Source of the DNA: Eledone cirrhosa
Taxonomy: Eukaryota
Reading direction: 5' to 3'
Assembly: GCA_964016885.1 (NCBI GenBank)
Contig: OZ024742.1
Coordinates: 47,120,001 to 47,184,000, forward strand
Length of the DNA stretch: 64,000 nt
In this document: piece after piece, positions 40,697 to 51,659 of the stretch
Position numbering within the stretch: the first letter of the stretch is position 1
Layout: each line of letters begins with the position of its first letter
Program-made: the position numbers and the translations under genes
Notes under the pieces: model-generated
Database searches by the model: none
Told to the model about the DNA's origin: nothing
Seen by the model: the letters and a program-made list of their open reading frames with translations, nothing else

Positions 40697-40833
40697 AATT
40701 GTTTCTACTTTAGGCACAAGGCCAGCAATTACCCAGTGCATTACTGGTACTTTATTTTATCGACCCCGTAAGGATGAAAGGCAAAGTCAACCTCTGCCTT
40801 TCATCGTTACGGGGTCGATAAAATAAAGTACCA
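40697..40833. mobile_element. SINE-A 3' half with an inverted duplication
   Basis: Minus-strand SINE at 40697-40794. 40745-40783 is repeated in inverted orientation at 40795-40833. Confidence 0.85.
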
Positions 40834-41020
40834 ATCATGCACACACTCACACACACATATACACACACACATATATATAAAAGTAATTAATGTACTTGTT
40901 AGTTGATCACCGACACTACTGTATGCAGGATAGAGCACCTCTATGAAGTACACAAGTGGATCGGTTTACTCCGGAGTGTAAATACAATGATAAACTCAAA
41001 ATCTACATCTGTTCATAATC

Positions 41021-41079
41021 GCTGTTATATATATTTCCGTTATAACCGTTATGCAACAGTCATGACCGCATCAGACAGC
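41021..41079 (-). ncRNA. Type I hammerhead with a variant core
   Basis: GCUGU-CUGAUGC-G GUCAUGACUGUU GCAU AACGGUUAUAAC G-GAAA-UAUAUAUA-ACAGC. Core A9 is changed to C. Confidence 0.72.
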
Positions 41080-41194
41080 TAGAATATGAACAGAAAAACA
41101 GAACAGAACATAAAGAGGAAATAAAATATACTCCCTACCACTAAATTGTCCTATATGTCGGCCCTTGTCGCTATTAAATGATGCTACTATCATT

Positions 41195-41382
41195 GACGGT
41201 CGTTTAGCGGTATCGGTAGAGCCTCAGGCACCATGCATTGCAACATAGAACTATAGACCTTTACGTTCCGCGTTAAAATCCCACCGAGGATAGCTTTGTC
41301 CTTCATCCTTTCTGGGTCGATAAAATAAAGCACCAGTAATGTACTGGGGTATTTGCTGACCTTATGCCAAAAATAGAAACAT
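41195..41382 (+). mobile_element. SINE-A copy abutting the Dong array
   Basis: gtatcggtagag...gtcgataaaataaagcaccagtaatgtactgg...ccaaaaatagaaacatt, then (ATT)n. Confidence 0.8.
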
Positions 41383-41415
41383 TCTCGTTATTATTATCAT
41401 TATTATTAATATTGT

Positions 41416-42496
41416 TCTTTGAGGCTCAGTCATTGATGTTATTTAACTGAAAAGTTTCTTGAAATGAATATCAAACCACTACCTGCAGCCTCAGACATTC
41501 AGGACGTATCGGAGGGTTCTTGCTGTTCTCAGCAAGCATGCCTTTTGAAGTGTTCCAAAAAGCGGGGTTGGACTAATCTTCTTTAACCATCCTTGGAAAC
41601 TCTTTGAAATAGTACCTAGTGCGCCTATGACAATCGGGACGACCTTGATTTCATGGCAGTTCCAAATCCTTTCTAACTCCCACTTTAAATCCTGGTATCG
41701 GTTAATTTTCTCCCACTCCTTTTCTTTCACTCCCGTGTCAAATGTGCAGGCTATGTCTACAATCAGGCACGATCTTTTGTTCCTTGTCCAAAACCATCAG
41801 GTCAGGCCTATTGAGTTCTTGTCCGTCTGTATCCTAAAATCCCATAGCACCTTCACCTGATCGTTTTCTATCACCGACTTTCAGAATGTGGTAAATTGTT
41901 TACTTTGCATAGATGCCAGTGGATCACCCTGCCTATCACATCATGTCTCCAGCCTTTATAGTGAGTCTGGGCTAGGTGTTTACACTCGGATACAATGTGA
42001 GCCACAGTCTCTCTCCACAGATCCTACGCAATGAGCTAGCCTCCTCCTTGTCAATATGGTGTTTCACCCAATTTGCTCTGAGGGCTTGCTCATGCGCAGC
42101 CACTAGCATTCCTTCTGTGGCTTTTTTAAGGTCTCTTTTTAACCAGTTCCATGTCTGTGGATCTCTGAATTCAGTTTTCTTAAAGAAGGTGCTATGAAGG
42201 GATTTTTCATGAATGTTTCCCTTCCTCCTCGTTGTTATTTCCTCCTTGGACATCCCCTGGTCTATTGTCCTCTCCTTCAGTATAATTCTGAGCATTGGCT
42301 CCCTACTGTCAGACACATATTTGTGCAGACTGATTTTCTCCATTTGAACATAGTGCTCTATGCGGATAAGACCTCCACCATCTTCAGATCTCTTTAAGTA
42401 GAGGCTATCAACATCATTCCCCTTGTGGAACATGATGTAGATAGTCAATAGCTTCCTAGTCTTTCTATTCATTTCTTTTTTGTTCAGCGACATTCC

Positions 42497-42499
<3 letters not shown>
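41416..42499 (-). mobile_element. R4/Dong lineage 1, older diverged 5'-truncated copy
   Basis: ORFs 41972-42556 and 41491-41730 match the C-terminus of the full element but carry indels. Bounded by (ATT)n. Confidence 0.9.
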
Positions 42500-42530
<31 letters not shown>

Positions 42531-42539
42531 GTTGTTATT

Positions 42540-43772
42540 CCTTGAATCTCAGTCATTGATGTAGGTTAACTGGAAAGTCCGTTGGATTGAATATCAAGCC
42601 ACTACCTGCAGCCTCAGATATTCAGGACGTATCGGAGGGTTCTTGCTGTTCCAAGCAAGCATGCCTTTTGAAGCGTTCCAAAAAGCGTGAAGGGGCCGAT
42701 TTTCTTTAACTGGAATTTTCATCCCTGGAAACTTTTGGAGATAGTCCCCAGTGCGCCTATGACAATCGGGATCACTTTGACTTCATGGCAGTTCCAAATC
42801 CTTTTCACCTCCCACTTTAGGTCCTGGTATCGGTTAATTTTCTCCCTCTCCTTCTCTTGCACTCTCGTGTCGAACGGGCAGGCTACATTCACAATCAGAC
42901 ACGATCTTTTTTCTTTGTCCACAACCACCAGGTCAGGTCTATTGTGTTCCAGTTTTTTGTCCGTCTGTATCCTAAAATCCCACAGCACCTTCACCTGATT
43001 GTTCTCCATCACCGCCTCTGGCCTATGCTCATACGATTTCTCAGAATGTGGTAAATTGTTTACTTTGCACAGGTGCCAGTGGATCACCCTGCCCATCACA
43101 TCGTGTCTCCAGCCCTTATAGTGGGTCTGGGCTAGGTGTTTACACTCGGACACAATGTGAGCCACAGTCTCCTCTCTCTCTCCACAGATCCTGCACAGTG
43201 GGCTAGCCTCCTCCTTGTAGATATGGTGCTTCAACCACTTCGTTTTGAGGGCCTGCTCCTGCGCAGCCATTAGCATTCCTTCTGTAGCCTTTTTGAGGTC
43301 TCTTCTCAACCAGTTCCATGTCTGTGTATCTCTAAATTCAGTTTTCTCAAAGAAGGTACTATGAAGGGATTTTCCCTTAAGGCTGCTCTTCCTCCTTGAT
43401 GTTATTTCCTCCTTGGACATCCCCTGGCCTACTGTCCCCTCCTTCAGTACAGTTCTGAACATTGGCTCCTTACTATAGGTCACGTATTTGTATAGGTTGT
43501 TTTTCTCCATCTGAACACAGTCCTCTATGCTGATAAGACCTCTTCCACCCTCAGATCTCCTTAGGTAGAGTCTATCGACATCACTCCTCTTGTGGAACAT
43601 GTTGTAGATAGTCAATAGCTTCCTAGTCTTCCTATCCATTTCTTTTTGTTCAGCAATATTCCATCTCAGAATTCCCGCACTGTACCTAATAATAGACACA
43701 GCTCGGGAATTTACTGCGCTTATGGCATTTCTGCTGTTCAGATGTGACTTCAATACGCTCCTTACTCTCCGA
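42540..43772 (-). mobile_element. R4/Dong lineage 1, 5'-truncated copy (~1.2 kb)
   Basis: ORF 42719-43753 has CRICGEREETVAHIVSEC, RHD and RPDLVVVD. Bounded by (ATT)n. Confidence 0.95.
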
Positions 43773-43878
43773 GTATTATTATTATTATTATTGTTATTGT
43801 TATTCCTTGAATCTCAGTCATTGATGTTGGTTAACTGGAAAGTCCGTTGGATTGAATATCAAGCCACTACCTGCAGCC

Positions 43879-46800
43879 TCAGATATTCAGGACGTATCGG
43901 AGGGTTCTTGCCGTTCCAAGCAAGCATGCCTTTTGAAGCGTTCCAAAAAGCGTGAAGGGGCCGATTTTCTTTAACCATCCCTGGAAACCTTTGGAGATAG
44001 TCCCCAGTGCGCCTATGACAATCGGGATCACTTTGACTTCATGGCAGTTCCAAATCCTTTTCACCTCCCACTTTAGGTCCTGGTATCGGTTAATTTTCTC
44101 CCTCTCCTTCTCTTGCACTCTCGTGTCGAACGGGCAGGCCACATCCACAATCAGGCACGATCTTTTTTCTTTGTCCACAACCACCAGGTCAGGTCTATTG
44201 TGTTCCAGTTTTTTGTCCGTCTGTATCCTAAAATCCCACAGCACCTTCACCTGACTGTTCTCCATCACCGCCTCTGGCCTATGCTCATACCATTTCTCAG
44301 AATGTGGTAGATTGTTTACTTTGCACAGGTGCCAGTGGATCACCCTGCCCATCACATCGTGTCTCCAGCCCTTATAGTGGGTCTGGGCTAGGTGTTTACA
44401 CTCGGACACAATGTGAGCCACAGTCTCCTCTCTCTCTCCACAGATCCTGCACAGTGGGCTAGCCTCCTCCTTGTAGATATGGTGCTTCAACCACCTCGTT
44501 TTGAGGGCCTGCTCCTGCGCAGCCATTAGCATTCCTTCTGTAGCCTTTTTGAGGTCTCCTCTTCTCAACCAGTTCCATGTCTGTGGATCTCTAAATTCAG
44601 TTTTCTCAAAGAAGGTACTATGAAGGGATTTTTCCCTTAAGGCTGCTCTTCCTCCTTGATGTTATTTCCTCCTTGGGTATCCCCTGGCCTACTGTCCCCT
44701 CCTTCAGTACAGCTCTGAGCATTGGCTCCTTACTATAGGTCACGTATTTGTATAGGTTGTTTTTCTCCATCTGAACACAGTCCTCTATGCTGATAAGACC
44801 TCTTCCACCCTCAGATCTCCTTAGGTAGAGTCTATCGACATCACTCCTCTTGTGGAACATGTTGTAGATAGTCAATAGCTTCCTAGTCTTCCTATCCATT
44901 TCTTTTTGTTCAGCAACATTCCATCTCAGAATTCCCGCACTGTACCTAATAATAGACACAGCTCGGGAATTTACTGCGCTTATGGCATTTCTGCTGTTCA
45001 GATGTGACTTCAATACGCTCCTTACTCTCCGAATGTATTCAGTTCTTAACAATTCCTTCATTTTTTTGTTCTTTATGCCATCAGCCTCCAGAACGCCCAA
45101 ATACTTGTATCCTTCCTCAGAGTCAATTTCCTTTATCATCTCACCTGTTGGTATCTGGATCCCGTTACTTCTGCTCAACCTACCCCTCCTCATCACAATG
45201 ACTCCACATTTACTAATACCAAACTGCATACATATATCACTGCTGAAAATACGGACAGTGTCAACAAGCACATCCAACTCCTTCTCACTTTTCCCGAAGA
45301 GCTTAAGATCGTCCATGAAGAGGAGGTGATTGATGGTAAGCTCTCCCCTTCCCAACTTGTATCCTGCTCTCACTTTTCGCAGCATAATGGTCAAGGGCAT
45401 CAGGGCAAGGACAAACAACAGAGGGGACAGGCTATCTCCCTGGAAGATACCTCTCTTGATCTTCACGCTTCCCAAGGATACTCCAGTTGATGTCAACTCT
45501 GTCTCCCAGGACCCCATACTTCTGCCCAGCAACTGTCTGATGTTATCTGCCACCCTGAAGATCTCCAGGCTTTTGGTGATCCAGGAATGAGGCACCATGT
45601 CAAATGCCTTTCTGTAGTCTATCCATCCCATGGCAAGATCAGTGTGTCTCCTCCTGCAATTCCCCATTACCATCTTATCAATAAGCAACTGGTCCTTTGT
45701 ACCACGTGACTTCTTTCGGCATCCTTTCTGTTCGTCCGGCAACAAGTTGTTTGTGTGGAGGTGATGGTAGATTTCCTCAGACACAATGCTCGTCAACAGT
45801 TTCCACATTACGGGCAGACATGTGATAGGTCTATAGTTGGTAACATCATTACCCTTGATTCGGTCTTTCATTATCAGAACTGTGGTACCTTTTGTCAACC
45901 ACTCTGGCACCTCACCCGACACCAAGCAGTCATTGAACATGGCCGTCAGCTTCGGGTGGAGGGATGTTAAATGTTTAATCCAATACCCCTGCACACCATC
46001 TGGGCCTGGTGATTTCCAGTTGGTTAGTTTTTTGGCTTGCCCCTTAAGAGTTTCAACTGTGATACTCAAATCAGTCTGTTGCTGTGCCTGCTCACCGATC
46101 TCCCTCTGTACTGTCTCAATCCACCCTGCCTGGGCATTGTGTCTAACATCCTGCTCCCATATTCCTCTCCAGAATGTTTTAGCTTGTTCCGCCCCAGGGA
46201 TCAAGTCGGTGCCTCTTTCTTTCCCCTCAAGCTGTCCAAACAGCATCTTCTGGTTGTTGTCGAACATGCGGTTCTGTTTATACTGACTGACTCTGTTCTC
46301 GTATCGCCTGATTTTGGCACTCTTTGCTACAATGCGTTGCTTCAATTCCTCTATGATAATATTTAGCTTTTTACTCCTAGTTTTGTATTTTATTTCCAGT
46401 CTATTTTTAGTGCCTATGTTTTTTAGTGTCCCATTCAGTAGTGACTCAAGCTTTCCTATGTCATTTCTCATTTCCCCGATTTGCCCACTCAGTCGCTTCT
46501 TCCACCACGGCTCTGCTCTTTCTTGTCTGTTGTTTCCTCTCGCTTTTATACCAAGTAGTTTCCTCACCGTATTTGCTGTTGCTTTGAGGATATTGTTGCA
46601 CTGGTGGAGACTCCTCGCCTCAAGGTATGGGATGACTTTGTTTACCTTAGCTGTTGTTTCTTTTAACTTTTTCCTGTCTACAAATCTTAGGTTCATAGGT
46701 CTCCCACTATCATTGTTCAACTCATCTACCACTAAATTTAGGATGTCAACCGAATCTTGTCCTAGCCCGTCAGCATTCATCTCCTCAGTGGCCGTATCTC

Positions 46801-47272
46801 TGTTCCAGGTATTATTTATCTCAGTATTCAGATCATTGTCTGCTTCGGGTGGTTCCTCCGCTCTCAGGACCTCCTCACCTTCATTTCCCGCCGGCTCGCT
46901 TGTCTGGCATACTACACCCGCCATCTCCAAGCCATTCTCTCTGCTCAGTTCCTCCAGTTCCAGCTCGCTTATCCACCCATTAGTTCTTATTACCCGAGCC
47001 TGCCCGGCCAATTTTTGTTCATCTAATTTAAATAAACCAATCTCGTTCCAGATGTTATGCATCCGTCTCCTGTAGCCCCTCTCCTTGGGGTTACATTTCA
47101 GGTAGCATTGCATAACAGTTCTATTCAATTCTTTCGTCCAGTTGGTTCTGGCCCCTTTCCTTCTTCTTCTTCCTCCAACATCAGCAGTATTTCGTTGACA
47201 GTCAGGTTCCTGCTGCTGAGCCAGGGGGCACCTGTTGGGTGAGAGTCTGTCACATGACGTTCTAGTCTCCAT
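43879..47272 (-). CDS. R4-clade retrotransposon polyprotein (RT + CCHC zinc knuckle + PD-(D/E)xK restriction-like endonuclease), one frameshift
   Basis: N-terminal NWTKELNRTVMQCY..GYRRRM. RT motifs YRPITCL, EQKG, WIDYRKAFDMVPH, GIFQGDSLSPLLF, HLLFMDDLKL and YKYLG. CxxC..H....C, RHD and RPD..D..EK..RY. An extra T at 44629-44633 splits the 884-aa and 229-aa ORFs. Confidence 0.95.
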
Positions 47273-47841
47273 TTCACCGTTATTCGAACTGTTTATGTTC
47301 GATATTTAAACACTCTTATCGAGGATTGGCGAATGTATGTTTACATAGCCATCTGTGGATCCGCCATCCCACTTGGCCCTTGTGTGGCATTATCACCACG
47401 CTGTATACGGACACACATAAACAAACAAACACACGGGCAGAAAGGGCCCCAAACATGAATAAGCATAAGTTTCATTGTAATGTAGTATTCGAATGTCTGA
47501 CTTAGTTTTTGTTTTTTAAGTTTTACTTTTTCCCCCCTCTTCTCTGTCCGTCCGCCTGCTTCTCTCTTCATTCTTATTTTCTTTACGTTTTTGGGGTTTC
47601 TTTTTTTGTTTTTGTTTTTCTCTGTTTTTCTCGTTTTTTACTGTTGTTGCTGTGCTGCTTTTGTTGTTTGTTTTTTCTTTTTTCTTTTGAGTCTATCTAT
47701 ATATTTTGATGCCTTCCTCTTTGTTAGTAGTAGGAATTCTATAATGTGGAAGTGGTAGCCAGCAAAGACTGGCGGCGTTGGCGATCCTGAGACAGTGGTG
47801 GTGGTGATGTCGATACCGAGGCAGTGGTGGCGGTGATGCGA

Positions 47842-48843
47842 CCGTATTACTGTAGTGATGGTGCTGTAGTGGTGGCAGCAGCAGTGAAGGAGTCAGGGGG
47901 TGGTGGCAGCGGTGATGGGATAGTGGTGGTAATGATGGCCGTAGTGAGCGGTGGCGGTGAAGGTGAAAATGCTGTTGTGTTTAGTGTACACAGATGATGG
48001 GGTGGGTGGTGTATCTAGTTTCTGGTGTTGGTGAGTTTCGCTGTCCTATATAGTGTAGCCAGAGGAGAGGAGGGGGGGGGGTCTTCTTCTTCCATTTATA
48101 GCCATTTTATTTATTTTTTTTTATTTTTTATTTTTTTTTTATTTTTTTTTTTGGATATACAGTGTACAATACAAAGTTGAATATTTGAATATTTGAGCCG
48201 TATTACTGTAGTGATGGTGCTGTAGCGGTGGCAGCAGCAGTGAAGGAGTCAAGGGGTGGTGGCGGCGGTGATGGGATAGTGGTGGTAATGATGGCCGTAG
48301 TGAGCGGTGGCGGTGAAGGTGAAAATGCTGTTGTGTTTAGTGTACACAGATGATGGGGTGGGTGGTGTATCTAGTTTCTGGTGTTGGTGAGTTTCGCTGT
48401 CCTATATAGTGTAGCCAGAGGAGAGGAGGGGGGGGGGTTCTTCTTCTTCCATTTATAGCCATTTTATTTTTTTTTTGGATATACAGTGTACAATACAAAG
48501 TTGAATATTTGAATATTTGAGCCGTATTACTGTAGTGATGGTGCTGTAGCGGTGGCAGCAGCAGTGAAGGAGTCAAGGGGTGGTGGCGGCGGTGATGGGA
48601 TAGTGGTGGTAATGATGGCCGTAGTGAGCGGTGGCGGTGAAGGTGAAAATGCTGTTGTATTTAGTGTACACAGATGATGGGGTGGGTGGTGTATCTAGTT
48701 TCTGGTGTTGGTGAGTTTAGCTGTCCTATATAGTGTAGCCAGAGGAGAGGAGGGGGGGGGGGTTCTTCTTCTTCCATTTATAGCCATTTTTTTTTTTTGG
48801 ATATACAGTGTACAATACAAAGTTGAATATTTGAATATTTGAG
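47842..48843. repeat. Three near-identical tandem monomers (356, 324 and 322 bp)
   Basis: Units start ccgtattactgtagtgatgg at 47842, 48198 and 48522 and differ mainly in T- and G-tract lengths. Confidence 0.95.
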
Positions 48844-49010
48844 CCTTATAACAATATATTTGGGGTCCGAATTTTTTGGGGCTCAAGCCGGGTGCTTTAC
48901 GTAGCATTTGTACTAAGAGTTGTTATTTCACAAATGATTTAAATATGTTAAAAATTCAAAACTTACGGGAGCGATTTCATGACCTCCGTCACCTCGTGCG
49001 TCTTCTTCCC

Positions 49011-49077
<67 letters not shown>

Positions 49078-49078
49078 T

Positions 49079-49317
49079 GCATTTATCTTGCTTTATGTTC
49101 ATACGAGTTATCACCAAGTCACAACCAGTAACCTCAAGAGACAACAAGGTCCGCCATGTTCAAGAAAGAACATACATATTCACACATGCATCCTTAGTGT
49201 TTAGACTTGTGATGTACTTATATTGACAGGATCTTCCTTAGTATATGGGCAGTTCCCATTAGTACTATCTTTTGTATTTCTCCTATACGCGGGTTTCCTG
49301 GGATTTGCGATAAGTAG

Positions 49318-49320
<3 letters not shown>
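49079..49320 (-). mobile_element. R4/Dong lineage 3, short 5'-truncated copy
   Basis: 49319-49218 translates NYLSQIPGNPRIGEIQKIVLMGTAHILRKILSI*, homologous to lineage 1 LQKACLLGTARTLRYVLNI*. It has a unique 3' UTR and (ATT)n on both sides. Confidence 0.85.
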
Positions 49321-49368
<48 letters not shown>

Positions 49369-49377
49369 GTTGTTATT

Positions 49378-51273
49378 CCTTGAATCTCAGTCATTGATGT
49401 TGGTTAACTGGAAAGTTCGTTGGAATGAATATCAAGCCACTACCTGCAGCCTCAGATATTCAGGACGTATCGGAGGGTTCTTGCTGTTCCAAGCAAGCAT
49501 GCCTTTTGAAGCGTTCCAAAAAGCGTGAAGGGGCCGATTTTCTTTAACCATCCCTGGAAACTTTTGGAGATAGTCCCCAGTGCGCCTATGACAATCGGGA
49601 TCACTTTGACTTCATGGCAGTTCCAAATCCTTTTCACCTCCCACTTTAGGTCCTGGTATCGGTTAATTTTCTCCCTCTCCTTCTCTTGCACTCTCGTGTC
49701 GAAAGGGCAGGCCACAACCACAATCAGACACGATCTTTTTTCTTTGTCCACAACCACCAGGTCAGGTCTATTGTGTTCCAGTTTTTTGTCCGTCTGTATC
49801 CTAAAATACCACAGCACCTTCACCTGATTGTTCTCCATCACCGCCTCTGGCCTATGCTCATACCATTTCTCAGAATGTGGTAAATTGTTTACTTTGCACA
49901 GGTGCCAGTGGATCACCCTGCCCATCACATCGTGTCTCCAGCCCTTATAGTGGGTCTGGGCTAGGTGTTTACACTCGGACACAATGTGAGCCACAGTCTC
50001 CTCTCTCTCTCCACAGATCCTGCACAGTGGGCTAGCATCCTCCTTGTAAATATGGTGCTTCAACCACTTCGTTTTGAGGGCCTGCTCCTGCGCAGCCATT
50101 AGCATTCCTTTTGTAGCCTTTTTGAGGTCTCCTCTTCTCAACCAGTTCTATGTCTGTGGATCTCTAAATTCAGTTTTTCAAAGAAGGTAATATGAAGGGA
50201 TTTTCCCTTAAGGCTGCTCTTCCTCCTTGATGTTATTTCCTCCTTGGACATCCCCTGGCCTACTGTCCCCTCCTTCAGTACAGTTCTGAGCATTGGCTCC
50301 TTACTATAGGTCACGTATTTGTGTAGGTTGTTTTTCTCCATCTGAACACAGTCCTCTATGCTGATAAGACCTCTTCCACCCTCAGATCTCCTTAGGTAGA
50401 GTCTATCGACATCACTCCTCTTATGGAACATGTTGTAGATAGTCAGTAGCTTCCTAGTCTTCCTATCCATTTCTTTTTGTTCAGCAACATTTCATCTCAG
50501 AATTCCCGCACTCTACCTAATAATAGAGACAGCTCGGGAATTTACTGCGCTTATGGCATTTCTGCTGTTCAGATGTGACTTCAATACGCTCCTTACTCTC
50601 CGAATGTATTCAGTTCTTAACAATTCCTTCATTGTTTTGTTCTTTATGCCATCAGCCTTCAGAACGCCCAAATACTTGTATCCTTCCTCAGAGTCAATTT
50701 CCTTTATCATCTCACCTGTTGGTATCTGGATCCCGTTACTTCTGCTCAACCTACCCCTCCTCATCACAATGACTCCACATTTACTAATACCAAACTGCAT
50801 ACATATATCACTGCTGAAAATACGGACAGTGTCAACAAGCACATCCAACTCCTTCTCACTTTTCCCGAAGAGCTTAAGATCGTCCATGAAGAGGAGGTGA
50901 TTGATGGTAAGCTCTCCCTTTCCCAACTTGTATCCTGCTCTCACTTTTCGCAGCATAATGGTCAAGGGCATCAGGGCAAGTACAAACAACAGAGGGGACA
51001 GGCTATCTCCCTGGAAGATACCTCTCTTGATCTTTACGCTTCCCAAGGATACTCCAGTTGATGTCAACTCTGTCTCCCAGGACCCCATACTCCTGCCCAG
51101 CAACTGTCTGATGTTATCTGCCACCCTGAAGATCTCCAGGCTTTTGGTGATCCAAGAATGAGGCACCATGTCAAATGCCTTTCTGTAGTCTATCCATCCC
51201 ATGGCAAGATCAGTGTGTCTCCTCCTGCAATTCCCCATTACCATCTTATCAATAAGTAACTGGTCCTTTGTAC

Positions 51274-51275
<2 letters not shown>
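49378..51275 (-). mobile_element. R4/Dong lineage 1, 5'-truncated copy (~1.9 kb)
   Basis: ORFs 50513-51244, 50138-50470 and 49452-50141 are near-identical to the full copy, with stops and a frameshift. Bounded by (ATT)n. Confidence 0.95.
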
Positions 51276-51310
<35 letters not shown>

Positions 51311-51319
51311 GTTGTTATT

Positions 51320-51469
51320 CCTTAAATCTCAGTCATTGATGTTGGTTAACTGGAAAGTCTGTTGGATTGAATATCAAGCCACTACCTGCAGCCTCAGATA
51401 TTCAGGACGTATCGGAGGGTTCTTGCTGTTCCAAGCAAGCATGCCTTTTGAAGCGTTCCCAAAAGCGTG

Positions 51470-51470
<1 letters not shown>
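51320..51470 (-). mobile_element. R4/Dong lineage 1, 150-bp 3' stub
   Basis: 3' UTR plus the last codons. (ATT)n on both sides. Confidence 0.92.
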
Positions 51471-51520
<50 letters not shown>

Positions 51521-51521
<1 letters not shown>

Positions 51522-51632
51522 GGGCGGTGAATTGGCAGTATTGGTAGAGGGTCGGACGCCATGCTTTCCAGCGTAGTTACGTCCCTTTACGATATGAGTT
51601 CAAATCCCGCCGAGGTTAACTTTGCCTTTCAA
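51521..51632 (+). mobile_element. SINE-A 5' half within the (ATT)n array
   Basis: ggcggtgaattggcagtattggtagagggtcggacgccatgc...gagttcaaatcccgccgagg. Confidence 0.85.
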
Positions 51633-51659
51633 ATCAGAAACCATTAATATTATTATTTT

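Larger units (their letters stand above)
43805..49010 (-). mobile_element. R4/Dong lineage 1, putative full-length element (~5.2 kb)
   Basis: The 3' UTR is shared with four other copies. The next (ATT)n tract beyond the ORF start begins at 49011. The 3' boundary is firm; the 5' boundary is inferred. Confidence 0.75.

Noticed and set aside
44982-47075. Plus-strand ORFs up to 253 aa overlapping the Dong ORF
   Set aside because: Antisense shadows of the retrotransposon coding sequence with no independent motifs.
47341-47452. Possible HDV-like ribozyme upstream of the Dong ORF (GGCCCUU/AAGGGCC stem on the minus strand)
   Set aside because: It lacks the L3 pyrimidines and the GG needed for P1.1, and it is not at the inferred element 5' end. 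It may be only a structured UTR.
41385-51520. CRISPR-like reading of the repeat/spacer alternation
   Set aside because: The repeats are (ATT)n microsatellites and the spacers are retrotransposon 3' ends. There are no cas genes and the context is eukaryotic.
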